Assembly (NCBI GenBank): GCA_000004985.1
Contig: GG738862.1
Source of the DNA: Naegleria gruberi
Lineage: Eukaryota
DNA: 64,000 nucleotides
Reading direction: 5' to 3' (one strand)
Below, in pieces: positions 12,201 to 23,031 of this stretch. Numbering within the stretch: the stretch's first letter is position 1; the number at the start of each line of letters is the position of its first letter. Position numbers and translations under genes: made by a program. The notes beneath the pieces were generated by a model that saw only the letters and a program-made list of their open reading frames with translations, was not told where the DNA came from and made no database searches.

Positions 12201-12693
12201 TTTGATGTAAAGATCCACCATTCATGTTGTTGCTATGGAGTGGAGATGTGGAAACACCATTACTACTACTACTAGCATGTTGTTGATGAGATGCAACAAT
12301 TGATGGCGGAATATTACTTGTTGTTGTTGCATATCCATTGCCATTACTGTTCATCTGTTGTTGAAGTAATCGACTTTGAATGGATGCTTGCAAGAGGGCA
12401 ATTTGTTCCTTTTGTTGTTCAATCAAATCTCGTTGTTGTTGGAGGAGGAGAAAAGCCTGTTCATCACTCACATTTGGATTAGAGCTTCCAACCAATTGTT
12501 GTGTTTGACCCAATAAATTACCATACGACATGGAAGGAATAGAAGCAGCAGCACCACCATTTGCTGTATGATTCGGAAGCATATCTTGTAAAATCATGGA
12601 AGGTAATGGTTGGGAATGGCCATTGGTTCCTGGCGAGGAAAGTCTATTGTTGGTTGGTGAATGTTGATGATGTGAATGTTGCTGATTCATCAT
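9244..12693 (-). CDS. large (1149 aa) protein with a roughly 420-aa Q/N/H/S-rich prion-like N-terminal region and a structured C-terminal region of unknown function
   Basis: Single continuous ORF; ATG ATG start at 12693; CAA/CAG- and AAT-rich coding tracts; no catalytic motif recognised. Confidence 0.6.
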   Translation of the reverse strand: MMNQQHSHHQHSPTNNRLSSPGTNGHSQPLPSMILQDMLPNHTANGGAAASIPSMSYGNLLGQTQQLVGSSNPNVSDEQAFLLLQQQRDLIEQQKEQIALLQASIQSRLLQQQMNSNGNGYATTTSNIPPSIVASHQQHASSSSNGVSTSPLHSNNMNGGSLHQNNLPPLTHHHNHGYHHQLSNNQQHHSSTTSTAFAQQPNFVIPQQNILPSLQTFQNPPPQQHVFTSNNQTPANFYISDPNFNYPQHHMQTNPMYQQQTGRKQVTLFDDFDELFADGCFEYGNTPPANNVNSNQEQLFNTALNNQFNAQQFVIPAGQEVLPATPLTSWLRIPDQDSMFYRNSYDYNAAFETSPGILAAASSIVPQQQQEMIPPVVTAVQQQPSRNVQQAPPPSHVLQHERRGPKRKFDDVDENITDNDQSKKIKQFDTLQQHIQNPNFEFLDVGDVSVDSTSTDATNNIMNTMMASFFPTDPNKGLDLAASMTHNVPGNSNSYSLLNKLKYVNNSITIVLLNGDPIIECIKFTPKKKMTFELLSLLEVDPIVLASLTGYQYDIYLDQSLLLRYGKRSTSNGNESKQTLDAYQLYLTAQITVDGKELKEIDEYFKFKTVLKNQKALNFKIEQLGNDTRWNEQIVGTNINSRLSFDIEVKMVKPIKGITINLLLFLQQQVPTVTGDVEMETLLRWNVPVLVQGSRRKKKTEKDSELKECFGERMWPLVDLQMALLNRKHAENADPEMDPGEDGYGLMDDILKTRSENVFRPIGDSVLNEIVKEAENNLCKDSNNLHALRLFEKYFQQKYFSGTSLEILNLTRYLAAKTLNKDYMLPDIQPSSLDGDISASLITPGACTNRNMLNNILPEHITELDLNILLKLTYLYSRYEPIFKADGCNNTEKMIKYCCQLATNSQFSIKTKVFSLYRLAESEYLKLNIDKTRLSYQSLEKCNQCYFFIQRCLKEEPTMTKGDVRHIKALEASVLNLKSILLSNIHNLEHFASTPNIATEQEINEKLMSLRDIIQYKHAAFQIRGRYTPKCTSFAQICNNVAASLRVYFMLFKMTSKYTPKRAIAMLNVIKKMQSRAVTVHKQANPNTSHLAYSLYKYNLKTTDLLMLEEMKADDPNENELDEKIEKAAADKRKSYSNYRALKDQFLGQ

Positions 12694-13467
12694 GTGACGT
12701 GAAAATGTCTATTCTTGTTAATAATAATGATAATAAATAGGGTTGGATAACGATATTACACCTAGTGGTCTCACAGTACAATATTCAAGTGTGGTGGTGT
12801 GAGACTATATAGAGAGAGAAGTAACAACTGTTTTGTCTGTTTCTGTTGTTCTTCTTATTAATCTTCTTCTTATCGACTTTTTACTATCAAATTCTTCTTC
12901 AGTGTTTACCCTAAACAATGAGAGTTTTTTTTTAAATTGTTTTTTGGGAGTTTTTTCTAGAAGGCAACAACGTCGGAATAAATAATCCCTCTAGGAGATG
13001 ATGATGGACGTTGTGTTTAAAGAGCACTCAGATGGAGAGGGCAAATGTGTGGTTAGTAATGATGATAGTGTGCCTGGAAGATAACAAGTGCGTTCAATTT
13101 TTTTAACTAAGAGGACGAAAATTGTGTCCACCACCTCTTTCAATGCAGGTTTCTGCTGTAGAGTATAGGTAGCCAAAAATAGGTCAGCTTGGCTTCTAGA
13201 GAGAAAGGGATTTTGTTTGGTGCAACACAATAAAAGAAATTTTTGGATTTGGATTGAGGGTATTTTAATTTAACAGAATAAAGAACTTGTTCAGCAAGAC
13301 GTAACATTGTGAATAGTTAGGTAATAGTGATGTTACTTCAGGTGTTTTGTGTACTTGGCGAAAGGTCATCTTCCAATAAACAGTGCCCTCTTGTGATCTC
13401 TTTGAAATGGAAGGAGCACACAAGCTTTGTGGAATACTAATTTATTAAGATTGATTCACTTTGTGAA

Positions 13468-14912
13468 ATTATCTAGCAGAAGGTGGAGTCACTAATGGTG
13501 TTAATGGTGTTCTCAATTTTGCAGGAGGAATTGGTTGACCATTTTTAACACAAGAATAATCCTCCATTAATTGATCTACCTCGTCCATGGCTTCATGGAA
13601 TTCACCTTCTTCCATTCCTTCACCAACAAACCAAAATACAAATGATCTCTTATCTTTTGAAGGTTAGATTTCATGTTTCAATAAAAACTTACAAAATAAT
13701 TCCAAGAATCTGGTACGTAATTTTGTGAGTGGATCAACAATCGATGATGAATTGTTATAAACTTGAATATAATCTGAGAATGAAAGTGAGCTATCTGATA
13801 AATTTTCTGATTTCTTTGAGAATATTTGGTGATGGAAATTATCTGTTGGTGTTTTCAATTCATCTGACTGCTCCAAAAATTTAAAGGCAAGGTCAGGGGA
13901 AAAGTTTCCTCTCAATGCAATATCCATCAATATTGATTTTGAACCAAAGTGATCAGTTGCACTCATTTTACAATCATTAGTAAAGAGATCCGTAAAATTA
14001 ATTTCAGAACTGACGTTATCGACCTTTTTGAAAGTACTAGCAATAATATTCAAATTCTTGTAAGGGCTCAAAATAGGACAGGTTGAATTATGGAATCGAG
14101 TTGGTAAGGTAAATGTTGAAATAGTTTGTGAAATAACGTCATTTACATCTCTATAATTTGGTGATGGATTCCCATAACTCCTGCAAACATTGTACAATGA
14201 CTCATTGTCCAAATTGAAAATATTAGTCATGTTATTTCTTTTCAGGTCAGCTAAAGTCAATGCTGTATTGTATGGTTCAACAACTTCTGTCTGGAAATTT
14301 TCAGAAGGAAACACACTGAACGAAGTTTTGTTCTATAGATGAATCAATTAGTTAAATATTGAAAGAAATTTCACTTACTAATTCTGGATAATCATCTTCC
14401 AATATTTCAACAATGAAGGAGCTAGTTCCTGAACCAGTTCCACCTTCCATCGAGTGAGTCATTACAAAACCATCTGGAGAATCACACGCCTCTATCATCT
14501 TTCTCACTCTCTCCTTAATATAGCCTTTGAACGCTCCTCCAATTGTAAATTTACCTCTAGCAAAGTTACTTGCTGAATCTTCCTTTCCCTTGATCAAATT
14601 CTCTTCCTTTAATAAACCCGAAAGGCTTGGATCTTTCTTCACTTGCTCAACAGTGCACTCATCAGTGTCGATGAACAAGCAACGAGCATGTAATTTATTC
14701 TCCTCCCTCATACTTTCATCATATAATGAGGTTAAATTTAAAGAGCATAATGATGACGGTGGTGTTGTATTATTATTCAATAATTGATTGGTGTTGTCTT
14801 GTTGATAATAGCCTTCACCATTAACGTGGTGTTCCTTTCCGAAGAGTTTCCATAATCGAGATCCGATTTGATTACCACACTGCCCAACATGAAAAAAGAT
14901 CAGTTCAGACAT
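13468..14912 (-). CDS. epsilon-tubulin-like (tubulin superfamily); 3 exons
   Basis: Exon 1 (about 14388-14912/14939): [10 protein letters not shown] ... [25 protein letters not shown]. Exon 2 (about 13693-14331): [24 protein letters not shown]. Exon 3 (about 13468-13653): [30 protein letters not shown], then a Pro-rich tail in place of the acidic tail. HSMxGGTGSGxxxxxLExLEDxxPE is most like epsilon-tubulin. Two in-frame ATGs (14939 and 14912); the second has the better A-rich context. Confidence 0.7.
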
Positions 14913-14986
14913 TTTTTTGTTGTTTATTGAGTGAGACATCCTAGATAGTTGAATGTTTCACATGTGGTATGATTTATGGTGATGAT

Positions 14987-17157
14987 TTAAAAGTTGTTTC
15001 TGTTTCGAGAGGGTAAACCATAAGGCATTGAATTTTGTCTGGAGAGTGAGCTATTGCTGCCTGTGTTTGAATTGGCAAGGTTATCTTTGCTGCTTGTTGT
15101 TGCTGGCTGAGCGAGGACGAAACTCTTAATGACGGCTATGGATTCTAATTTACGTATTGACATTCTCTTTTCTCGCTCCTCTTGACGTTTTTGTTTGAGA
15201 GCTAAACTTCTTTGAGTATCTCGTGGGGAAAGGAGTCCAGATAATTGGTCATCAGCCGAAAGTAAATTATCTGTAATTGAAGTATCTGCATTACCATCAA
15301 AGGAAACAAACGAACGAGAAGGTCTTGGCTTTGATTCATTGATACTTTCAGAATTGAGTGGAGAATCTACAAGTGGAGAGACAGGGGAATTAAGGAATGG
15401 TTCAATATCTAGTTTTTTAAGTGATGGTTGACTAGGTGATTTTTTGGGAGTTTCTACAAGTTTTCTATACTTTTTCCATTTGCTTTCATCCTTGGCATAA
15501 ATTTCCTCTTTCAAATAATAAATTGTAGCATTGAGAGTTGTAACACTGAAGCCATACTCTGAAACTCCATGTTCTTCTTCCAATTGATAATCTTGCATGT
15601 AATTGAAATTGGTAATCATGTTGGGAATTTGTGCTCTTACTAATACATAAGCAAGGAGAGGGATCATATCATCGGTGGTAACAAATTCAGTCTTGCTATT
15701 CGCTTGGTTAAATCTCGAAATACTATTCACAATCTTGTCTGTTGTATTTTTTATACATTTCATCTTGTCGAATGGATTTCTTGCTAAATTAATGTTTTCA
15801 GAAAGGAATGTAATAGCTTCCAATTGATCACATCTGAAACTATTTCCAATACTCAAAACATCAAATAAATCGTATGCAGCTGTTTCTTCGTCTTCCAAAA
15901 CTGAGCAAGCAGCATTAATTGACATGCAAACATGCAAGAAATTCTTGTCCTCTGAATAATAGGCATACTTTTCTAAAAATGGGAATAACTTGTCATAAAT
16001 TCCTTCCAATAAAACGCCATGTATAGCATTCTTAACATCCTTATCTTCCTCAGTTGACAAGCTCACATTTTGAAACTCTCCATAAATTACTTGGTAATAT
16101 TCCATAATCTTGTCAGGTATTGAACTGTGAAATCCTCGTAATAATAAATAATTAAAATTAAAATGTTGAATTGATCGTTTGAGTTTGTCGTTATAGGCCT
16201 TATAGTTGACATCTTGAAGAAATTGATGATATTCCTCAACAGTTGTTGGTCGTTTTTCTGTCCATTTGGCTGCTTCACTACCACTTTCAGAGTAATCATT
16301 ATACTCATTGAGTGCTCCTATTGATATTTGTTGATGTTCCTATAACATTAAATTTTAATATATAACATTTAAAACTAGATCAACTTACATCTGCTATACA
16401 CTTGTCAACAAACAAGACCTTATAGGGTTGATATTTGTCATTATAACAAGTTTCCTCTTTCAAGACAAAAACATTAAAGCTCTTACTAAATCCCTTTCCT
16501 GTTTGCAATACATTTACAAAATCAAAAGAATTTTCTTCTGTTGAATTAAAACCAACTCCGAGAGAGGCAAGAGATACATTCTTCTTTTTCTGTCTGGATA
16601 AATTTTCATAAAGTTCCGAATTTTCACAAATTTGATTTCCTCTATCGGTAACATATTCTCCAATGAACAATGGTGAATTGGAAAGAATGTGGTCCTCTAT
16701 CATGTGGTTACACATAAGAAATACAGCAGTTAGGAATTTAATATATCAAAAGAAACCTACTCATAAAGGCTTGAAATTTAGCTCCAGAATATTTCAAAGT
16801 ATTAATTACATAATTCAATTCATCATCAGGAGGAATACAAATAGTCTTTTGTGCATCTCTACAAGATTGAAGATATTGTTTACTTTCCGATAATATGTCC
16901 CAGAATAATGATGAATCAAGATTTAAATTTCTCTTCCTCGCAACTCTTTTCCTCTTTGATTGCATAATAACAGGTGCTTCCTCTGATACTTTTGCTTTTG
17001 ACAAATCCTTTTTTTCAAATGTCAAATCCGAAGGAGATTTGTTAATATTATTATTTATATTATTCTTGGCAAATTCTCTTTGAAACCCAGAGGCAGGCAA
17101 TGATGAAGACATTATAGAATTCTGCGATCCGACTCCTCTACTTTGCCTATTCATCAT
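14987..17157 (-). CDS. VPS9-domain protein (Rab5-family GEF-like); 3 exons
   Basis: ORFs 16738..17157 (exon 1, ATG ATG start), 16380..16715 (exon 2), and 14987 to about 16320 (exon 3; the track splits this into 14987..16105 and a shadow ORF). VPS9 signature DDMIPLLAYVLVRAQIPNMITNFNYMQDY. Introns GTAGGT/GTAAGT...AG. Confidence 0.7.
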
Positions 17158-17636
17158 GATGATTAATTAATAGACGTTGTTGATCAAAAAATAAAAATGA
17201 TGAAACTCTGTGGTAGCAATTCTTTTGGATTTTTTTTTGATTAATTTTTTCCAGATAATGCGGAGTTTTTAAGGAGTTTTAAACTATTGAATTTCAACAA
17301 GATTTCGAATTGATATTGGAAATAGTTTTCAAAATCTCTCTAATACATTGTAGTAATTCATTTCTTCACTATGAATCATTCAACATTGTGAAAAGTTTAG
17401 TTGGCAAGATTCTTGCCATATAATGTGGCATCCCTTATCAACCAATTAATTGAATTGTGCACCAATAATTGGTCCACTAAGATTTAGAGATGATTAAATA
17501 CCCTACCTAACCTCAGATATTGTTATGTTGGTGGTGGTGATATAATTGGTAGGTACCCTTGCTAGGTAGGGGAGTAATACTCATCCATTCAACAACACCA
17601 CTCATTTCCAGGTCCAACTCGAATTCAAAAAAGAAA

Positions 17637-18512
17637 ATGACGAATAGCATTGAAGGAAAATCACTGCCCAACAACTACCCACCAAATAATTTCACTTCAT
17701 ATCATTCCTATTCTACACAGGCAACAGAAAAGAGGAAGGGAGCATTTGTTGTGGTTGAAGAGGAAGAACATGCTCATGTTTGTTATTATAATGATGGCAA
17801 AAGAGTTTCGTATGGAAGTGTTGTGCAAGATGTGGTGTGGAATGAGGAGTATGTTATGAATAGTTGGAGGATTGAGAATGAGGAGAAGGAGAGTAAGGTG
17901 TTTCAGGGTTTGTTGTTGATTGTGTTGGTGGCAATTGTTGCTGTTGGGTTATTGGCCATCTTGTTTGGTGTATTGTCAGCTTCGAATATTGACGACAATG
18001 CTTTTTATTTACCTACTTCATGCACTGTTTTGGAAAGATATGGTTGCTCATGTGAAAATGAAGATTCGAATAGGTTTCTTTCCGTGATTAATACAGTTTC
18101 TAAACTATTTGATTCAACTAATTCCCATCTGAAACAGTATGAATCAGCAAATCCAGAGCCAAATCCTTATCCATGCCCTACAATCAGAAAGTGTGTCTTT
18201 AAAACTCTGATACATTCTAACAATTCCATGGACATTAGGACAACATGCGTGCTCTTTCCAGAATCGAATTATCCTATTGGATCGAATACGACTTGCTATT
18301 TGAGTGAGCAACATTCTAAACTGGTTTCCTTCACTTTTTACTCGAGTGTGAATGAGGCAATGAAGATGATTGCTATTTTGTTTGGTATTATTGCAAGCAG
18401 CTTGTTGGTTGTAACTATTTTCTTTTCTATTTGTGTTGCAGGTTTTAAACTTTGCCAGAGAAGGAAAATTGCCTTAATGAGAAGAAATTTAAATTCAGCC
18501 ATAGTTTTATAA
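17637..18512 (+). CDS. type-I-like membrane protein with Cys-rich extracellular region, unknown function
   Basis: ORF 17559..18512. The first real ATG, in A-rich context (AAGAAAATGACG), is at about 17637. Contains one internal TM segment and one C-terminal TM segment, and several Cys residues. Confidence 0.4.
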   Translation: MTNSIEGKSLPNNYPPNNFTSYHSYSTQATEKRKGAFVVVEEEEHAHVCYYNDGKRVSYGSVVQDVVWNEEYVMNSWRIENEEKESKVFQGLLLIVLVAIVAVGLLAILFGVLSASNIDDNAFYLPTSCTVLERYGCSCENEDSNRFLSVINTVSKLFDSTNSHLKQYESANPEPNPYPCPTIRKCVFKTLIHSNNSMDIRTTCVLFPESNYPIGSNTTCYLSEQHSKLVSFTFYSSVNEAMKMIAILFGIIASSLLVVTIFFSICVAGFKLCQRRKIALMRRNLNSAIVL

Positions 18513-18570
18513 ACATTGAATTCATAACAATACCAATGAAACTATTGTGAAATAAAGTATAATTTCTCTT

Positions 18571-21500
18571 TTATTTTGGAGAGTACATTCCCAACTTGGT
18601 GTCAAACATGAGTTTGGCTTTTTGTTGTTTACGGAAGAAGCTACTTCTAATTCTAATCTTGATTAATTCATCAATTACAATGAATGCAAATGGTGCCAGT
18701 AAAATGATAATGTAGGCATAGAATGGATAATTTGGCCATGCTTGTACTCCTTCAGGTCTAGAAATAATGAGGTGAATGAATGTGAAAAGAGCTTGCAAAG
18801 CCAAACACAATGGAACACAAATCCACCACATGATATTCATAAAGAATTTAACAGTGAATATTGAGTAAACTCTGTGCATTGTTCCAAGTGAAAGGAAGGA
18901 ATAATAGTAAATCAAAATAAACATGGTAATAGTTTGGGCATATGCCAAAACAAAGTAAAACTTTTCACTCTTTCTAATTTCATTGGATAATTGATCTCCC
19001 CAAATGAGCCCTACATTGTCAATCTTGACAGTTTCATCCATACACATTATAGTCCAAAAGTAAACAACAAAGCAAGCTGGAACTGGAAGGCAAAAACGTA
19101 AAAATGTTAAAAGTGCCTTTCCAACATATCTTCCAGTTCTAAATTCATTCTTTGATGAAATAAGGTCCATAATTTTTGGTTCCATTGGAGTGCCGAGTAG
19201 AGAGAAGGAGATCAATGGAATGGCAATCATGCAAAGCCACAAGAATTGAATACCAGTGAAAATAGTAGATGGAAGGGCCATGAGAACGGAAAGTAATTGC
19301 AAAATGAATAATGAAGATGAGCAACCAAAGAGGAAAATCAAAGCTTGTCTAATATTATGAACCAATCTTCTACCTTCCTTAATCATGTGCAAAATCATAG
19401 AGAATGCAGAAAGAGCAGTCTCGGATTGATGAGAGGTAATGTGTAAAGCACATGGATAGGACAAGAATGGAGAAATATCTTCCTGCAAATCTGAAACTTC
19501 TTCTTGATGATTATCGAATTCCATTGGTCTCAAATGTTGTTGAGTGCAAGGATCAACAGCAATGGAAATATTGGCTTGATTGAAGGCACGAGAATTGTTA
19601 ATGTTGATGGAAGAACCAACACAACAGACAACTTCATGATTTTCCTGCAAGACCTCAATCATTTGCTTGGATGAAACAGGCGTAGAGTCGGAGAATAGAG
19701 AAACCAACAATGGAACATCGTCAACAGTTTTCAAGTGTTCCTTGATATTTTCAATACCGTGTGGAAGTTTGGCTTTCAAATCTTCAACATCCAGTTCAAC
19801 TTCATTATCATTCAATGATATGCAACAATTCCAATCAACTTCCATTCCCAATTTTGAACCAAAAGCTTTGGTTTTTTGGGAATTATATGGTGAGAAGTGA
19901 ATAAATCTAATACCAGAGTTGTCTTGAACGTCACTAATAAATTCGGCAAGATCTCTCTTTGGCTGCTGTCTGAAAGCTGCAACTCCCAACAAAATTTGTC
20001 CTCTTTGCATTTGTTCTGCATGTAAGATGAATTTTTCACTGTCAAAATCTTCTTCAGAGAATTCTTCGAGTGGTGTCAATAAATGTTGAGATAGAGATGC
20101 AGGGCTAATAATTCCATTGAGTTCTGTCTTTGAATGATTAATTTCTTGACGAGTAATGTTGATAATATCATCCTTATTGCTATTCAAAACATTATCATAC
20201 TTAGGATCAATTGGGGTGTACGAAATAGCCAAACAATATAAATCTCTTCTTTCTCTCCAATTCTTGACTGTTTCCAAAATATTTTCCTTGAATTGCTTAC
20301 TCAGTGGTTTAATATCTGTTCCAGAGTAATAGTCAGAGCAATATTCCAATACTAAATCTGGATCACCAAAGGAGTGAACTTGTTTTTCTTGTTCCTCATA
20401 CTCAACTACAATAGAGCTCATTTCCCAATTATTACATTGGGTGTGGAGTCTCTTTTTAAAAGTAAATGATTCTAAAACACTGTCTGAGAAACCAATTTCC
20501 TTACCAAGAAGATAAGCATACTTTTTCCAAAGGTGAGACTTGGCATCCAACATTCCTTCAACTCTATCAAAATCTGGAAGAGGGGAAGAACCCGTAATAA
20601 GCAAACTCAAACCAAGTGGTTTAAGTGAATTAGTGTGAACCATCCAATTAGGATCAGTGAATCTGATGACATCCACCTCTCTTGATGCAGTTCTATCAAA
20701 GAGGACATCCAAAGTAATAGTTTCTTCAGCCTTCTCAATGATTTGCATGTTGGATACATCAAGAGGGTTAGCCGCATGACTTGACTCTGATGCTTGGTGT
20801 GTTTCAGTGTGATGTTCATGTCTTTCCTTATTGTGTGTATGAGATTGAGAATGTTGATGATGGTGATGATTGATTGTTTCATCTTCAGGTCTTTCGACAG
20901 TGATGGTAACTTCTGATGGAATGACTTCATCATTAACATTAATTCCACCTACCATTTCGTCAACTTCATCACCCATACCAGTCTTTACAACAACCTTAAT
21001 CTTTTCCATATCCTTGAGTTCCATTTCAGTAGCATCAGTCAAATCCTCAGGATAGTTATTGGTGCATGAGACAATCTGGCTTGGTGTACTGTTTCTTCTA
21101 TCTCTAGTGCTGGCATATTTACTATTTTGTTCTGTATATTGTTCTTCTGAAATATCGACAGCGCTTGTAAAGTTGTTGTGTCTTTCATCATCTCCCTTCA
21201 TGAATAAAACCTTCTCTGGAGCATACAGCAAGTCAGCCAATAAACCAGTTCTGTTAATAAAGCACAAGGCAGTGATTGTTCCCAACACTGTCAAGTTATC
21301 GTAATAGCTAGCATTGGCAGTAAGAATAACTTTGAAAAAGTTTCGTACTTGACTAAGGAATGGAACTTTCATTGGAGTATTACGATTTGATTCAGTGACT
21401 TGAACTCTTTTCATGTGATCATCCCCGCTCTCACCATGCAATGGCTCGTTGAGAGTTTCGAACAGAGAGAGGAGTTTAGAGTTGGAAAATGATAATGAAA

Positions 21501-23031
21501 GCAACCAAAACCCAGGGAAGGCGATTGGTAGCAGAACTAAACAGACATAACATGGCTCCACAAAGGCAAATGTAACCCAGTCATATGATGCTGATCCAAC
21601 GCCAATTCTAATCAAATTACAAATCAGAGCAATACAATATCCAAGGTAGGAAACTATGGTCAATACTGAAATCAAGTTATTGAGCTTGATTTTGAGAGGC
21701 ATCTTTTCCTGTTGATTTCTATAATCCTCATAAGTTTCTTCAATATAGTGACTCATTGGAGTTAAAGAAATCTTATAAAATCCCTTCTCCAATTCTTGAT
21801 GGGCTTCAAAACTAATATTATTATCCTTAAAATCTCTATCAATATTGGTTGAATAAACCAAGTCTCCCTTCACCAATAAAATGTGTGGCATCTTACTCCA
21901 GCACTTATCTCTAAAAACAAAAATCATCTTGTATGGAATCATGTTAATACCTTCAAATAAATTACCATCCTTGCTTTTCATGGAAAAGTTAAAATCATTC
22001 TTTTTCAAAATTGAAAACTTTTGTTTCAGTAAACTGATCACAACGCTATGTCTTCTGTAGTATGAAATGAGTGTCACACTCAAAAAGAAGATTAGTACAA
22101 AGAGTAAAATTGTTGCCTCAACAACTAATCTAATAGCTCCGTAATGATCCTCAAAAGGAATGCCGCCAAATTTCAATCCAGCTGCAATATATAACAGGAT
22201 ACAACACACAAATCCAAGAAGTACCAATAATCCTGCTCTAATAGGACTTTTCCTAATTAACACATCCACTAACGCCATAATAAATCCTTGTTTCGATCTA
22301 TTCTCAATTTTTTCAATAGTTTCCTCCAAAGAATCGAACAAATTTTGCTTGGCTTCACTCGTTGAAAGTCCATCCACTAATGAACTCTTAAAATTCGAAA
22401 GTGGTGAAATATTATCATGGACTTTAAAGTTCTTTTCCGAATGTTGAACAGAAGTTACAGATGACAAAATTTGAGGTGAAGTTACTTCCGAACTTTTTCT
22501 AGCATTATGAGACCCCTTTGCTGACAATGATGAAGTACTTCCAAAGCCTCTTGATGCTTTCACGCTTGAAGTTGGTAATTTCTTATTTGCTGTTGTTGAT
22601 AATGAATTTGTATTGTTTTGTAATGATGGATTAGAAGGATTATTGCTGGACATTGCTGTACTATTGTTAATATTTGTATTATTGCTAGTTTGATGTTGTG
22701 AATGTTGTGAATCGTGTTCACTTTCTTCGTTATTCGATGATTCTCTTGAAATATATTCCATAGAATTTGGAGAAGTAAGCCTTGTCTCTTCATGTTGTTG
22801 TTGTTGATGATGCTCTTCTTCTTCGTGATGATGATTCGACATGGTTTCATCTGTTGTTCCGGAAGGTAAATTTTCATCATATTCAGAATGATGTTCTTCC
22901 AAATGTTGTTGTTCCTCTTCGTGTTGTTGTTCCTCGCCTTCGGTTGTTGTTGGTGGCGAAACAGTCGCCACTGCTGCATCACCAGAATTCTCTTCTATTG
23001 AAATTTGTTCTTCTTGCAGAGGTGAAGACAT
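18571..23031 (-). CDS. large polytopic membrane protein, distant P-type-ATPase-like (TMEM94-like) with degenerate catalytic motifs
   Basis: Continuous 1486-codon ORF; AAAAAAATG start. S/N/H/E-rich N-terminus; at least 10 TM helices flanking a large cytosolic region; the C-terminal block CCVGSSININNSRAFNQANISIAV resembles the P-type ATPase hinge (GDGxNDxP) but lacks the consensus. Confidence 0.45.
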   Translation of the reverse strand: MSSPLQEEQISIEENSGDAAVATVSPPTTTEGEEQQHEEEQQHLEEHHSEYDENLPSGTTDETMSNHHHEEEEHHQQQQHEETRLTSPNSMEYISRESSNNEESEHDSQHSQHQTSNNTNINNSTAMSSNNPSNPSLQNNTNSLSTTANKKLPTSSVKASRGFGSTSSLSAKGSHNARKSSEVTSPQILSSVTSVQHSEKNFKVHDNISPLSNFKSSLVDGLSTSEAKQNLFDSLEETIEKIENRSKQGFIMALVDVLIRKSPIRAGLLVLLGFVCCILLYIAAGLKFGGIPFEDHYGAIRLVVEATILLFVLIFFLSVTLISYYRRHSVVISLLKQKFSILKKNDFNFSMKSKDGNLFEGINMIPYKMIFVFRDKCWSKMPHILLVKGDLVYSTNIDRDFKDNNISFEAHQELEKGFYKISLTPMSHYIEETYEDYRNQQEKMPLKIKLNNLISVLTIVSYLGYCIALICNLIRIGVGSASYDWVTFAFVEPCYVCLVLLPIAFPGFWLLSLSFSNSKLLSLFETLNEPLHGESGDDHMKRVQVTESNRNTPMKVPFLSQVRNFFKVILTANASYYDNLTVLGTITALCFINRTGLLADLLYAPEKVLFMKGDDERHNNFTSAVDISEEQYTEQNSKYASTRDRRNSTPSQIVSCTNNYPEDLTDATEMELKDMEKIKVVVKTGMGDEVDEMVGGINVNDEVIPSEVTITVERPEDETINHHHHQHSQSHTHNKERHEHHTETHQASESSHAANPLDVSNMQIIEKAEETITLDVLFDRTASREVDVIRFTDPNWMVHTNSLKPLGLSLLITGSSPLPDFDRVEGMLDAKSHLWKKYAYLLGKEIGFSDSVLESFTFKKRLHTQCNNWEMSSIVVEYEEQEKQVHSFGDPDLVLEYCSDYYSGTDIKPLSKQFKENILETVKNWRERRDLYCLAISYTPIDPKYDNVLNSNKDDIINITRQEINHSKTELNGIISPASLSQHLLTPLEEFSEEDFDSEKFILHAEQMQRGQILLGVAAFRQQPKRDLAEFISDVQDNSGIRFIHFSPYNSQKTKAFGSKLGMEVDWNCCISLNDNEVELDVEDLKAKLPHGIENIKEHLKTVDDVPLLVSLFSDSTPVSSKQMIEVLQENHEVVCCVGSSININNSRAFNQANISIAVDPCTQQHLRPMEFDNHQEEVSDLQEDISPFLSYPCALHITSHQSETALSAFSMILHMIKEGRRLVHNIRQALIFLFGCSSSLFILQLLSVLMALPSTIFTGIQFLWLCMIAIPLISFSLLGTPMEPKIMDLISSKNEFRTGRYVGKALLTFLRFCLPVPACFVVYFWTIMCMDETVKIDNVGLIWGDQLSNEIRKSEKFYFVLAYAQTITMFILIYYYSFLSLGTMHRVYSIFTVKFFMNIMWWICVPLCLALQALFTFIHLIISRPEGVQAWPNYPFYAYIIILLAPFAFIVIDELIKIRIRSSFFRKQQKAKLMFDTKLGMYSPK

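Noticed and set aside
11800-12680. CAA/CAG/AAC-rich tracts that look like microsatellites
   Set aside because: They lie inside the long ORF 9244..12693 and encode poly-Q/N/H low-complexity protein sequence, so I treat them as coding rather than intergenic simple repeats.
12991-13230. 79-aa minus-strand ORF in the long spacer
   Set aside because: No homology cues and it is unlikely to be coding. It is kept only as part of the candidate ncRNA/UTR region finding.
16087-16308. 73-aa ORF inside the VPS9 gene region
   Set aside because: It is a +1-frame shadow within exon 3 of the VPS9-domain gene. The true frame runs continuously from the intron acceptor at about 16320 into ORF 14987..16105.
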